A stretch of DNA of 64,000 nucleotides from Candidatus Latescibacterota bacterium. GTDB lineage: Bacteria; Latescibacterota; UBA2968; UBA8231. Each line of letters begins with the position of its first letter. The stretch's first letter is position 1. The position numbers and the translations under genes are program-made. Under the pieces are notes generated by a model. The model was not told the origin of the DNA, searched no databases, and saw nothing but the letters and a program-made list of their open reading frames with translations. Positions 17,887 to 27,796 of this stretch are shown here, in pieces. The stretch lies in contig OZ242214.1 of the NCBI GenBank assembly GCA_965206595.1, forward strand, positions 1,568,001 to 1,632,000. Direction: 5' to 3'.

Positions 17887-18975
17887 ATGAAGCCGGAGAT
17901 CGCCGCCGGACTGCTGGAGGCCTGGAACCGCAAGCTCTACCTGTGGTTCTCCCAGTACAACGAGGAGTACGCCGGGGGGCGCCTGCGACGGCCGGTCATC
18001 ACGCTCGCTTCCGGTTGCCGGCAGCTGGGCAGCTGGGACCCTGCCATGCGCCGCATCACCATTTCCGTCGAGCACGTGCGCCGCGATCCCTGGCTCGAGG
18101 TCATGGAGACCCTGCGCCACGAGATGGGCCACCAGTACGCGCACGAGGTCCTCGACGCCGACGAACCGCCGCACGGTCCGGCCTTCCGGCGCGCCTGCGA
18201 AATCCTGCGCTGCTCCCCTCGCGCCAGCTCGGTTCCAACCGGTGAACGGCGTCCGGGGGAAAAGGATGAGCGCATCGTCCGCGTCCTCAAGAAAATCCTC
18301 TCGCTGGCAACCAGTCCCAACGAGCACGAGGCCCAGGCCGCGGTGAACAAGGCTCGGCGGATGCTGCTGGAGTACAACGTCGATCTCGTGGCCCTCGACC
18401 GCGAGCGCAACTTCGACTGCATGGCCGTCGGCGAAGTCAAGGGGCGGCGGTCGACGTGGGAACTGTGGGTGGCGGCGATCCTCAACGAGTTCTTCTTCGT
18501 CGAGGTGTTGTGGGCGCGAACCTACCACCCCCACCGCGACAGGATGGGAACCGTGCTGCAGCTGTTCGGCACCCCGACCAACCTCTCCATGGCCTCCTAC
18601 GTCCACGACTACCTCGGGACGCTGCTGCCGCGGCTTTGGGATGGGTACCGCCGCGACAACGGCCTTACCGGAAATCGCGAGCGCATGCGCTACTATGCCG
18701 GAGTTGCGCAGGGATTCCACGACAAGCTCGCCCGCGAAGCCGAGGCCGCGACCAACGCCTGGCGCCACGGAGGTTCCAATGACCTCGTGTGGAAGGGGGA
18801 CAGCCGCCTGCAGGCATACTACCGCCACCTGAACCCGTACGTGCAGACGCGAACCACCTCCGGCGTGTCGGCGAGCGAGGCATTCCGCGACGGCCTCCGC
18901 GAAGGCAGGAAGGTCGACATTCGCCGGCCCCTGACCGCGGGCTCCGGCTTCGGCGGTCTGCTTGGACCGGGGTAG
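17887..18975 (+). CDS. SprT-like zinc metalloprotease fused to a DUF2786-like domain
   Basis: TLRHEMGHQ (HExxH), PHGPAF, then KILSLATSPNEHEAQAA..KA..ML..YN. Confidence 0.8.
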   Translation: MKPEIAAGLLEAWNRKLYLWFSQYNEEYAGGRLRRPVITLASGCRQLGSWDPAMRRITISVEHVRRDPWLEVMETLRHEMGHQYAHEVLDADEPPHGPAFRRACEILRCSPRASSVPTGERRPGEKDERIVRVLKKILSLATSPNEHEAQAAVNKARRMLLEYNVDLVALDRERNFDCMAVGEVKGRRSTWELWVAAILNEFFFVEVLWARTYHPHRDRMGTVLQLFGTPTNLSMASYVHDYLGTLLPRLWDGYRRDNGLTGNRERMRYYAGVAQGFHDKLAREAEAATNAWRHGGSNDLVWKGDSRLQAYYRHLNPYVQTRTTSGVSASEAFRDGLREGRKVDIRRPLTAGSGFGGLLGPG

Positions 18976-18978
18976 CGC

Positions 18979-21819
18979 ATGCGGGCAGGGCGCATTTTCT
19001 GCTGGTTCTTTCTCCTCGCCGCGGGCCTTTCAGGCCCTGAGCGGGGGAGCGCGCAGCTCTACCAGTTCGGCAAGAACAAGGTCCAGTACGACGAGTTCGA
19101 ATGGCAGAAGATGGAGACCCCCCACTTCGACCTGTACTTCTACCCCGAAGAGCAGGAGCTCGCTTCCTATGCAGCCCGCATGGCCGAAGAGGGGTACCGC
19201 GCCGTCGAGCAGGTCTCGGGCCATACCGTGCAGCACCGCATACCCCTGATCGTCTACTCCTCCCATGTCTATTTCCAGCAGACCAACATCATACCGGGTT
19301 TCCTGCCGGAAGGGGTTGCCGGGTTCACCGAGTCTCTTAAAGGGCGCGTGGCCCTGCCGTTGAGCGGGTCGCTTCCCGAGTTCGAGCGCGTTCTCGTGCA
19401 CGAGCTCGTGCACGTGTTCATGTTCGACCGCATCCGCACCGTGCTCAAGGCCAGGGGTGCCGCCCGCTACCGGCGCGGACCGCTGTGGTTTTCCGAGGGG
19501 CTGGCCGAGTACTGGTCCGGATCGTGGGACAGCTACGGCGACATGATCATCCGCGACGCCCTGTTCTCGCAGCGGCTGGTGCCGATCGCGCAGATGCACC
19601 GCATTTATGGCACCTTCCAGATGTACAAGGAGGGGCAGTCGATCTGCGAATTCATGGCGGCCCGCTACGGCGAGGATGTCTTCGTCCGCCTACTCGACAA
19701 CTGGTGGCGGTCCGAGGAGTTCGCCGAGGTGTTCGAGATCACCACCGGCGAGCCGCTGGCCGAGTTCGACGAGAAGTGGGGCTATTTCCTCCGCAAGACC
19801 TACCTGCCCGATATCGAAAGCAGCGATCCCCCCGGGGAGATTTCCCATGCGGTCACCCATGCCGGTTTCAATCTCAAGCCGGAGATCGTCCCTGGCGGCA
19901 AGGCAGACGGCGGAGAGCCGGAGGTGCTGTTTTTCCACAACCACCGCGGGCATTCCCAGATCGCCCGGGCGCCTCTGCAGGGAGTCAGTGCCGAGCCGGA
20001 GGTCGTCGTTGCCGGCACGCGGCTGCCGCAGTACGAATCCCTCCACGAGCTTAACAGCAGTCTCGCCGTTTCTCCCGAGGGCCGGTTCCTCGCCTTCTCC
20101 GCCAAGCGCATGGGACGCGACCGCCTGCACGTCTGGGACCTGGAAACCGGGGGCCTGGAGGCGACGATGAGTTTCGATGACATCGTCGCCATATCGAGCC
20201 CGACGTGGTCGCCGGATGGAGGTCGCATCGCCTTTTCCGGAGCCGGCAAGGGGGGAATTTCCGACCTGCACGTGGTCGACGTCGCCAGCGGTGAGCTGGC
20301 GCGCCTGACCGCGGACCTGTTCCACGACCGGGACCCGGACTGGCATCCCGCCGATGACCGCCTGGTTTTCAGCTCGGACCGCTGGGAGGCTGCGGGCCGC
20401 GAGGGGTACTACAACCTCTTCGAGTACGATTTCGCTGCGCGCAAGGTGCGCCCGCTGACCAGGGGGAAGAACAACGACCTGCACCCGGCGTGGTCCCCCG
20501 ACGGCAGCCGCATTGCCTTCAGTTCGGATCGGGACGGGAGGTACGACCTGTTTCAACTCGACCTGCAGGACCCCGGGGCGGCGAGCCTGCGCAGACTGAC
20601 GGGGGTTCTCACCGGCGTTTTCGACCCGGCCTGGCTGCCGGACGAAAGCGGACTCCTCTATACCGGTTTCGAGAGCGGCGGCTTCCAGATCTACCGGCTC
20701 GACCTCGAACCCGGCAGCGACGAGGAATCCGTGCCCGGAGAGCGCACGGACCTCGACTCCCTCGCCGCGGCCGCGGACTCGGGCTGGAACCTCGAGGGAT
20801 CGGGCGCTTCCGGGGCCATCGTCAAGAGCCGCTACCGCAAGCACCTCAGCCTCGACATCGCGCAGAGCCAGATATCGCAGGACCCGGTTTTCGGGACCTC
20901 TGGCGGTATCCAGGTCGCCTTGAGCGACATCCTCGGTAACGACCAGTTCTACTTCGTCCTGTCTCACATATCCGGCAGCGACGTCGGGTTCTTCAACGGC
21001 CTCAACCTCGCCCTGGGCCGCCTCCACCTCGCGCGTCAGCTCAACATCGCCTGGGGGGCATACCGCCTCAACGATCGCTTCTCCAGCCGCTTCGGCCGCT
21101 TCGTGCGCGAGAAGCGTACCGGCGCCTACACCGAGTTCAGCTTTCCCTTCAGCCGCAACAACCGCATCGTGACCCGGCTTTCGGTCCGCCACGCCGATAT
21201 CGACCGGAGCTTCCAGGGCCGCAAGCTCAAGGGCTGGCTGATGTCGAACCACGTAAGCTACACCCACGACGGCAGCTTCTGGATTCCCACCGGGCCGCTG
21301 GAGGGCACCCGCTACAGTTTCGGGGCGGGCCAGAGCGTCGACTTCAAGAGCTCCCGCCGCTTCAACGTGACCCTCTTCGGTGATTATCGCCGCTACCTGC
21401 GCCTGTCCCGGCGCAGCAGCTTCGCAATGCGCTACATGGCCAGGCACAGCCGCGGGGAAGTGCCGGAGTTCTTCTCCCTCGGCGGCAGCTGGACCCTGAG
21501 GGGATACCCGTGGCGCTCGCTCTGGGGGAACAACCTCCTTCTCGCAAACCACGAGCTTCGCTTACCCCTGGTCGACCGCATCGTGCTGGCGTTCCCGTTC
21601 GGAAACATCGACATGAGTGCCTTTCGCGGCGCCTTGTTCGTCGATGCCGGCAACGCCTGGAGCGACAGCTTCGGCGACTGGCGCGGCAGCTTCGGGACCG
21701 GCGTCCGCATCGCACTGGGGGGCGTCTTCGTGTTCCGGCTCGACGCCTCGCGCCGCACCGATTTCAAATCGATCGGAGACAACACCCATTGGGACTTCTT
21801 CTTCGGATGGGATTACTGA
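18979..21819 (+). CDS. Omp85/BamA-TamA family outer membrane protein with N-terminal MA metallopeptidase and PD40 (TolB-like) propeller
   Basis: Signal peptide, FGKNKVQY, HELVH, WFSEGLAEY, repeated P.WSPDG.RIAFS, LGG..TLRGY, FVDAGNAW, terminal FFFGWDY. Confidence 0.88.
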   Translation: MRAGRIFCWFFLLAAGLSGPERGSAQLYQFGKNKVQYDEFEWQKMETPHFDLYFYPEEQELASYAARMAEEGYRAVEQVSGHTVQHRIPLIVYSSHVYFQQTNIIPGFLPEGVAGFTESLKGRVALPLSGSLPEFERVLVHELVHVFMFDRIRTVLKARGAARYRRGPLWFSEGLAEYWSGSWDSYGDMIIRDALFSQRLVPIAQMHRIYGTFQMYKEGQSICEFMAARYGEDVFVRLLDNWWRSEEFAEVFEITTGEPLAEFDEKWGYFLRKTYLPDIESSDPPGEISHAVTHAGFNLKPEIVPGGKADGGEPEVLFFHNHRGHSQIARAPLQGVSAEPEVVVAGTRLPQYESLHELNSSLAVSPEGRFLAFSAKRMGRDRLHVWDLETGGLEATMSFDDIVAISSPTWSPDGGRIAFSGAGKGGISDLHVVDVASGELARLTADLFHDRDPDWHPADDRLVFSSDRWEAAGREGYYNLFEYDFAARKVRPLTRGKNNDLHPAWSPDGSRIAFSSDRDGRYDLFQLDLQDPGAASLRRLTGVLTGVFDPAWLPDESGLLYTGFESGGFQIYRLDLEPGSDEESVPGERTDLDSLAAAADSGWNLEGSGASGAIVKSRYRKHLSLDIAQSQISQDPVFGTSGGIQVALSDILGNDQFYFVLSHISGSDVGFFNGLNLALGRLHLARQLNIAWGAYRLNDRFSSRFGRFVREKRTGAYTEFSFPFSRNNRIVTRLSVRHADIDRSFQGRKLKGWLMSNHVSYTHDGSFWIPTGPLEGTRYSFGAGQSVDFKSSRRFNVTLFGDYRRYLRLSRRSSFAMRYMARHSRGEVPEFFSLGGSWTLRGYPWRSLWGNNLLLANHELRLPLVDRIVLAFPFGNIDMSAFRGALFVDAGNAWSDSFGDWRGSFGTGVRIALGGVFVFRLDASRRTDFKSIGDNTHWDFFFGWDY

Positions 21820-21884
21820 GAGTCGGAACGCCCGGGGATTTTTTCTGCCCGTTAATGAGGTGGCTCGGCGGGCGAGGCTGGGCC

Positions 21885-23066
21885 ATGGCGACCGTCGAGG
21901 CCGCCCGCCGCCCGGATGGGCTATTTCAACGGGTTGTCAAGTTGAGCGCCCCCGGACTGGCGGCACTCCTGGCGCTGTGGGGCTGCCAGCCGAAGCTGCT
22001 TTTCCTGCCCTCGACCATCGGAGATGCGAGCCAGTGGCTGCAGGAGAGCGGCTCCCCGAGCGGCTCCTCCTTTCGCAGCGACGGTCCGGAGCCGCCCTTG
22101 CGGCTGCGCTGGCGACAGCAGATAGACAGCGTTCCCCTCGGAGGGGCCCTGCTCTCCGGGGAGCTGATGCTGCAGCTGACAAAGACCGCTACCCTGGCGG
22201 TCCTAGACCGCCGCAGCGGGCTCCCCCTGTCCCGGAAGGGCTTCGACAACGACATCTGCGGTCCGGCCGCGGTCGCCGGGACCTCCTCGGAGCTGCTGCT
22301 GCTCGGGGAGCTCGGACGCAAGCCGGCCCTGCGCGCCGTCGACCGGCGCAGCGGCGAAACGGTCTGGAGCCGTCCGGGAAGGTTCTGCTCCGCACCGGTA
22401 GTGCGGGGAGACACCCTGCTGATCGTGCGGGAAAACGGCCCGCTGCTTTCGCTCTCCCTGGCCGACGGCGGCGAGCTGTGGTCGCGTGAGCCCGCGGCGC
22501 GATGGGTGACCCCCCCCTCCCTGGCGGACAGCGTCGCCTACATCTGCGACAGCGAAGGCGCGGTCACCGCCCTGCGGCTCGTCGACGGCAGCGAACGCTG
22601 GACCCGGTCCCTGGGCTCGGGATTTTGCGGGCGTCCCGCGGTGGCCGGAGGGCGCGTTTTCGCCGCATCCGCAACGGGGGACGTCTTCGCCTTGGCCGGG
22701 GCTTCCGGCGACCTCCTCTGGAAAGCGGCGCTCTCATCCCTTCCTGCGCCCGGGCTGGTGGCAGGGGAAGGGATGGTTGTCGCCGGCTGCTCGGACCGCA
22801 AGCTGTACGGGATCGACGCCGCAACCGGAGAGATCGCCTGGCGCTTCGAGACCGGGGCGGCGATTCGCTCCACCCCGTCCGCTTCCGGGCGGATCCTGTT
22901 CGCGGCAGGTAACGACCAGTTCCTCTACGCCCTGCGCATCGATACCGGTCATCTCGAGTGGAAGTTCAGGCTCGACGGACCGGTCTCCGAGCCGGTGGTC
23001 GCAGTGCGCGACGCCGTCGCCCTGGCGACCGACTCGGGAACGGTCTACCTCTTCGGGAGGAGATAG
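21885..23066 (+). CDS. PQQ-like beta-propeller lipoprotein (BamB-like)
   Basis: Lipobox LALWGC; repeated A(L/I)D..(S/T)GE..W blades; start uncertain (21855, 21885 or 21942). Confidence 0.8.
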   Translation: MATVEAARRPDGLFQRVVKLSAPGLAALLALWGCQPKLLFLPSTIGDASQWLQESGSPSGSSFRSDGPEPPLRLRWRQQIDSVPLGGALLSGELMLQLTKTATLAVLDRRSGLPLSRKGFDNDICGPAAVAGTSSELLLLGELGRKPALRAVDRRSGETVWSRPGRFCSAPVVRGDTLLIVRENGPLLSLSLADGGELWSREPAARWVTPPSLADSVAYICDSEGAVTALRLVDGSERWTRSLGSGFCGRPAVAGGRVFAASATGDVFALAGASGDLLWKAALSSLPAPGLVAGEGMVVAGCSDRKLYGIDAATGEIAWRFETGAAIRSTPSASGRILFAAGNDQFLYALRIDTGHLEWKFRLDGPVSEPVVAVRDAVALATDSGTVYLFGRR

Positions 23067-23663
23067 GTGCGCCGCCGGGATCAGAGTTTCGAAACAGGCG
23101 CAGGGCCGCGGCATCGGATGGGTGCCCTGCACTGGCTCGGTGCGGCCCTTGCGGCCCTGCATCTGGCGGTCCTGCCCGGGTACGCCTTCGACAGAACCGC
23201 GCTCGCCGGGGAATCCAGGGCGGAACCCGCGGTGACCCTCTCGAGCAGGGTGTTTTCACCCCTCGCCCCGTTTCTTTTTGAAGGGGTTCCGCCCTTGGTC
23301 CCAGCCGCAATTCCGGCGCATGCGCCACGTGCTGGGCACCGGCAGCCGCCGTTCCCGGGGCCGGCCCTTGGGAGCCCGCTGTCCCGGCAGGGCAGTGCCG
23401 GGAGCGATCGGGAGAAGGGGGATCGGTCCCGGTTTTCGGCGCCCCTCTACCTCAGCGCCGCCGTAACGGTTTCCGCGGCCGCTGTCGCCCGCTTCAGCAA
23501 GGACCGGGCCGACAACGCGTATGAAACCTATCTCAAATCCGCGGGTCGCCAGCGCCAGCAGAACCACTTCGAAGAGGCGGAGCGCTACGACCGCATCGCC
23601 GGGGCCGCCTTCGCCGCAATGGAAGCGGGGCTGGTATGGTCCGTCTACCTGCTGTTTTTCTGA
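23067..23663 (+). CDS. Hypothetical exported/membrane protein
   Basis: Signal-like segment from ATG 23118; two C-terminal hydrophobic helices around ADNAYETY; sits in operon. Confidence 0.55.
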   Translation: MRRRDQSFETGAGPRHRMGALHWLGAALAALHLAVLPGYAFDRTALAGESRAEPAVTLSSRVFSPLAPFLFEGVPPLVPAAIPAHAPRAGHRQPPFPGPALGSPLSRQGSAGSDREKGDRSRFSAPLYLSAAVTVSAAAVARFSKDRADNAYETYLKSAGRQRQQNHFEEAERYDRIAGAAFAAMEAGLVWSVYLLFF

Positions 23664-23665
23664 AC

Positions 23666-24961
23666 GTGACTGTTTCCCCCCCCGTGCGCCTGCGCTTTGC
23701 GGCATTCCCTGCGCTGGCCTGGCTCGCCCTGGCCTGCAGCGATCGCCAGCACCGCAATCCCTTCGACCCGATGGTGGAAAACCCCATCGACAGGGTCACT
23801 GCACTCGAGGCCACCGCCGGCGACCAGCGGGTCACTCTGACCTGGGACTACACCTACTTCGAGGATCTGGTCGGTTTGCGGATGTATCGCTTGACCGCCG
23901 GGTCGGGGGAAAAGGCCGTGGACCTAGCCTCCGGGCAGACCTCGTACGAAGACCTGGACGTCGTCAACGGCACCGTCTACGAGTACCGGCTCGCCCTCGT
24001 GATCGCCGGGGAAGGGGAGCGGGACTCCGGAGTGCTCGAACGCGCCACTCCCGGGACCGCGTTCGCCTGGGTGGGGGATCCCGGCAGCGGGCTGGTCTGG
24101 CGCCTCGCCCCGGACGGCCGCAGTTCGGTCTTCGCCCAGGGCAGGTTCCCCTCCCTCGCTTCGATTGCCGTGACCAGCCAGAACCGCGCCTGCTGGGTCG
24201 GCGACCGGAGATTCGGCGGACTCTACCGGATCGACCCGGGAGGGGATCTGCAGGAAATTCCGGGTGACATCGAGGGGGTGGGGGAGTTCGCCGCGGCCGC
24301 TGGTCTCGGCTGGATGATCGAGGCGGAGGGGGATCGCGTCTGGTGGGCGGATCTCGCCGCGGCCTCCGATTCCCTGCGGCTGACTGCCGTGGATGCCCAC
24401 TTCGAGCAGCCGTCGGCGCTCGCCGCGGCCCTCGACGCCTGCTGGATCGTCGACGGCGTCGAACCCCGGGTGCTGCTCTACCACCGCGACGGCACTCGTA
24501 TCGCCGCCTGGAACGGGCTGGACTCACCCGGTGCGATCGCCACCTCGCCCGCCTCGGAAGGAGGGGATGACCAGGGCCGGCGATTTCCCTCCGAGGCCTG
24601 GGTGCTGATAGAGGAGGAGAGCCGCCTGGCGAGACTGGAGGTCGGCTCCCCCGCGCTGGAGATCGAGCTTCCCTTCGAAACAGGGGTCGCATTGGCCGTC
24701 GATGCGGCCACCGGAGACTGCTGGGTCCTGGGGGAAAACGGGGTCGCCGCCTTCGGCCGCGACGGCGCCCTTCGCGTACATTGGGAGAGCCTTCCGGTCG
24801 GGGAGGGACGGGATCTCGATGTCGACGCCAGTCATCGGCAGCTCTGGATCACCGGGTCCGAGGGCCTCTGGAAAGTGGGAATCGAGGGCTCCGGGGGGAC
24901 GTTTCTCGGAGGGTTTTCCAGACCGTTGCGGGTACAGGTGGACCCAGGTTCGGGACCTTAG
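23666..24961 (+). CDS. Lipoprotein with fibronectin type III domain and beta-propeller
   Basis: Lipobox LALAC, NPFDP, FN3 pattern VTLTW...YED.DVVNGTVYEY, repeated CW(V/I) blades. Confidence 0.75.
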   Translation: MTVSPPVRLRFAAFPALAWLALACSDRQHRNPFDPMVENPIDRVTALEATAGDQRVTLTWDYTYFEDLVGLRMYRLTAGSGEKAVDLASGQTSYEDLDVVNGTVYEYRLALVIAGEGERDSGVLERATPGTAFAWVGDPGSGLVWRLAPDGRSSVFAQGRFPSLASIAVTSQNRACWVGDRRFGGLYRIDPGGDLQEIPGDIEGVGEFAAAAGLGWMIEAEGDRVWWADLAAASDSLRLTAVDAHFEQPSALAAALDACWIVDGVEPRVLLYHRDGTRIAAWNGLDSPGAIATSPASEGGDDQGRRFPSEAWVLIEEESRLARLEVGSPALEIELPFETGVALAVDAATGDCWVLGENGVAAFGRDGALRVHWESLPVGEGRDLDVDASHRQLWITGSEGLWKVGIEGSGGTFLGGFSRPLRVQVDPGSGP

Positions 24962-25015
24962 CCCCGGCCCGGGAGTTTGCGGGCCTGGCGCCGGTTTTCT
25001 ACCGAGGTCAATGGC

Positions 25016-25909
25016 ATGAGCTGCGGAAAAATCATCAGCATGACAGGCTTCGGCAGCGGCAGGGCGGAAGGGCCCGGTGCCGCGGTTAGGGCGACGGTGC
25101 GCTCGCTCAACGGGCGATTTCTCGACGTCCAGGTCCGCTGTCCCGCTCCACTCCGCGACATGGAGAGCGCCATCGGCGAGCGCGTTCAGGAGGTCCTGGC
25201 GCGGGGCAAGGTGACGGTTCTCGTCGAGCTCGAGGAATCCCCGGGGGTCGACGACGCCGGACCGGTACTCGACCTGGAGGCGGCGAGGCGATACATCGCC
25301 GGGTTGAGACGGCTCGCCGAGGCCGAGGGTATCGAACCGGCGATTTCCCTCGGATCGGTGGCGGGGATGCCGGGCGTGTTTCGCAACGACCCGGTCCAAC
25401 TCGATGCGGATAGTGCCTCACCCCTGGTGCTGGCCGCCGTCGAAGAGGCACTGCGGGAATGCAGCGAGATGAGGATGACGGAGGGGCAGGCCCTCGCCGC
25501 GGATCTGCGCGCCCGCGTCGATTCCCTGAAAAAACGGCAGAAGGAGATGGAGGTCCTGGCTGCCGGCTGCAGGGAGCAGCATCTCACCCGCCTGCGCGAA
25601 AAGGTGGCCTCCCTGCTCGAGCCGGGCGCGATCGACGAGGATCGCCTCGTGACCGAAGTGGTGATGATGGCGGAACGGAGCGACGTAGCCGAAGAGCTCG
25701 TGCGCTTCCGCAGCCACACCGGGCAGTTCGCGGAAACCCTGGAGGCCGGCGGCGACGTCGGCAAGCGTCTCAACTTCCTGCTCCAGGAGATGCACCGGGA
25801 GGCCAACACCATCGGCTCGAAGGCGACTGCAACGGAGATTGTTCACGAGGTGCTGGCGGTCAAGGAGGAGATCGAACGGATGCGGGAGCAGGTCCAGAAC
25901 CTGGCGTGA
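25016..25909 (+). CDS. yicC: YicC/YloC family endoribonuclease
   Basis: SMTGFG, RSLNGRFLD, DVAEELVRF.SH, GKRLNFLLQEMHREANTIGSK, ERMREQVQN. Confidence 0.93.
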   Translation: MSCGKIISMTGFGSGRAEGPGAAVRATVRSLNGRFLDVQVRCPAPLRDMESAIGERVQEVLARGKVTVLVELEESPGVDDAGPVLDLEAARRYIAGLRRLAEAEGIEPAISLGSVAGMPGVFRNDPVQLDADSASPLVLAAVEEALRECSEMRMTEGQALAADLRARVDSLKKRQKEMEVLAAGCREQHLTRLREKVASLLEPGAIDEDRLVTEVVMMAERSDVAEELVRFRSHTGQFAETLEAGGDVGKRLNFLLQEMHREANTIGSKATATEIVHEVLAVKEEIERMREQVQNLA

Positions 25910-25920
25910 CCGCAGCAACC

Positions 25921-26490
25921 ATGGCCTGCAACAAGGCGATAGACGTCGTGACCATTGGGGGTTTTCCCGGCTCCGGCACCAGCACCGTGTGCGAGTTCCT
26001 GGGAAGGCGCACCGGATGGCGGCATCTCGACGCCGGCAGGACGTTCCGGGAGATGGCCGCCGAAGCCGGGGAATCCATGGCCGCCTTCTGCCGCCGCGCC
26101 GAGGGCGATTCCGAACTCGACCGCGGCCTCGACGCCCGCATGATCGAGGCGGTCCGCACCGGCTGCGGGGGCATGATCCTCGAAGGCCGCCTCACCGGCT
26201 GGATGGTCGTGCGGGCGCAGCTTCCTGCGCTGAAGGTGTGGATTTTCGCGGACATGGCCGTGCGGGCAGACCGCGTCGGACGCCGCGACGGCCAGACCGT
26301 CGAGGAGGCGCTGCAGGAGATGATGCTTAGAGAGCAGTCGGAGCGAACCCGCTACCGCGATCACCACGGCATCGATATCCGCGATTTGTCGATCTACGAC
26401 CTCGCAATCGATTCGGGAAAGAAGGCGGCGCGGCAGGTGGCCGACCGCATCGCCGAGCGCCTCCCTGAGCGCCTCCCCGACAGCGGGTGA
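25921..26490 (+). CDS. cmk: Cytidylate kinase, archaeal type
   Basis: TIGGFPGSGTST, AG.TFREMA, ILEGRLTGW, RE.SE..RY....GID..DLSIYDL.IDS. Confidence 0.8.
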   Translation: MACNKAIDVVTIGGFPGSGTSTVCEFLGRRTGWRHLDAGRTFREMAAEAGESMAAFCRRAEGDSELDRGLDARMIEAVRTGCGGMILEGRLTGWMVVRAQLPALKVWIFADMAVRADRVGRRDGQTVEEALQEMMLREQSERTRYRDHHGIDIRDLSIYDLAIDSGKKAARQVADRIAERLPERLPDSG

Positions 26491-26496
26491 ATCGGG

Positions 26497-27734
26497 ATGG
26501 GACTCGAGGGACGCAGGATCCTTCTCGGGGTAAGCGGTGGCATTGCCGCTTACAAGACACCCCTGATCGTCAGACTGCTAGTCACCTCCGGCGCCGAAGT
26601 TCGCGCGGTCATGACCGCGGCCGCGGCACGCTTCGTCACCGCGACCACGCTCGAGGTCGTGACCCGCCACGCCGTTCACACCGATCTGTTCGAACGCAGC
26701 GGCGAGTTCCCCGTCCTCCACGTCGGCCTCGGCGAATGGGCGGAGCTGCTGCTGATCGCCCCGGCGACGGCCAACACCATCGGGAAGATGGCCAACGGCA
26801 TCGGCGACGACCTGCTCTCTTCCGTGCTGCTGACCGCGGCGGCCCCTGTCCTGCTCGCCCCGGCGATGGAAGAGGGGATGCTCGAAAACCCCCACGTGCG
26901 GCGCAACGCCCGCCTCCTGCGGCAGCAGGGGGTCGGCTGGATCGAACCGGAAGAAGGGGAGCTGGCTTCCGGGGCCCACGGCAAGGGGCGCATGGCGAGC
27001 CCGGAGGCGATAGTCGGTCAGGCGGAGGATTTCCTGGAGACGCACCGGAGAGGGGCGCCGGGCGGGTCAGGGGACCTTGCAGGGCTCACCGTGCTGGTCA
27101 CTGCGGGACCTACCTGCGAGGATCTCGATCCGGTCCGCTTCATCAGCAACCGCTCGACCGGAAAGATGGGGTACGCCGTTGCCGCCCGGGCGGTCCGCCG
27201 TGGGCCTTGGTGAAGCTTATCAGCGGGCCGACGGATCTCCAGCCTCCGGGGAAGGCGGAGGTCGCCCAGGTGCGCAGCGCCGAGGAGATGCTGGACGTGG
27301 CCCGGGAATGGTTCCGGGAGGCCGACATCGCGGTCATGGCCGCGGCTGTAGCCGACTATCGCGCCGCGGAGTATTCCGAAGACAAGATCAAGCGGGCGTC
27401 CGACCGGATCACCCTGGAGCTGGCCCCCAACCCGGACATCGCCGCGGAGCTGGGGGCGAGCAAGGGGAACCGCGTGGTCGTCTCCTTCGCCATGGAGACC
27501 GAGGAGGGCAGCGCCCGGGCGCGCGCCAAGCTCGCCCGCAAGAAGAGCGACCTCATCGCCCTCAACAACCTCCGGGAGGAGGGGGCCGGGTTCGCCGTCG
27601 ACACCAATGTCGTAACCCTGATCGATGCCGACGGCAGGGAAGAGGCGCTTCCGAAGATGAGCAAAATGGAGGTTGCCGACCGGTTGCTCGACCGCGCTCG
27701 CGAGCTGCTTGCGCGCCGCAGGAAATCCGGTTGA
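26497..27734 (+). CDS. coaBC: Bifunctional phosphopantothenoylcysteine decarboxylase/ligase, with 1-nt frameshift near 27205
   Basis: [43 protein letters not shown], then AAAVADY and FAMET in another frame; GGG where GGGG would restore the frame. Confidence 0.9.
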
Positions 27735-27759
27735 CAGGGCGCTGCACCCCTCTCATTTT
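27731..27759 (+). promoter_or_regulatory. Possible sigma70 promoter for udg-dnaB
   Basis: TTGACA-17 nt-CATTTT. Confidence 0.35.
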
Positions 27760-27796
27760 CTGGCCTGAAACCACCCCCACACCGAGCTTCATCTCG

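Noticed and set aside
27195-27215. coaBC split as a programmed frameshift or gene fission
   Set aside because: One G is missing from a G-run in the middle of the CoaB domain of an essential gene; most likely a sequencing error.
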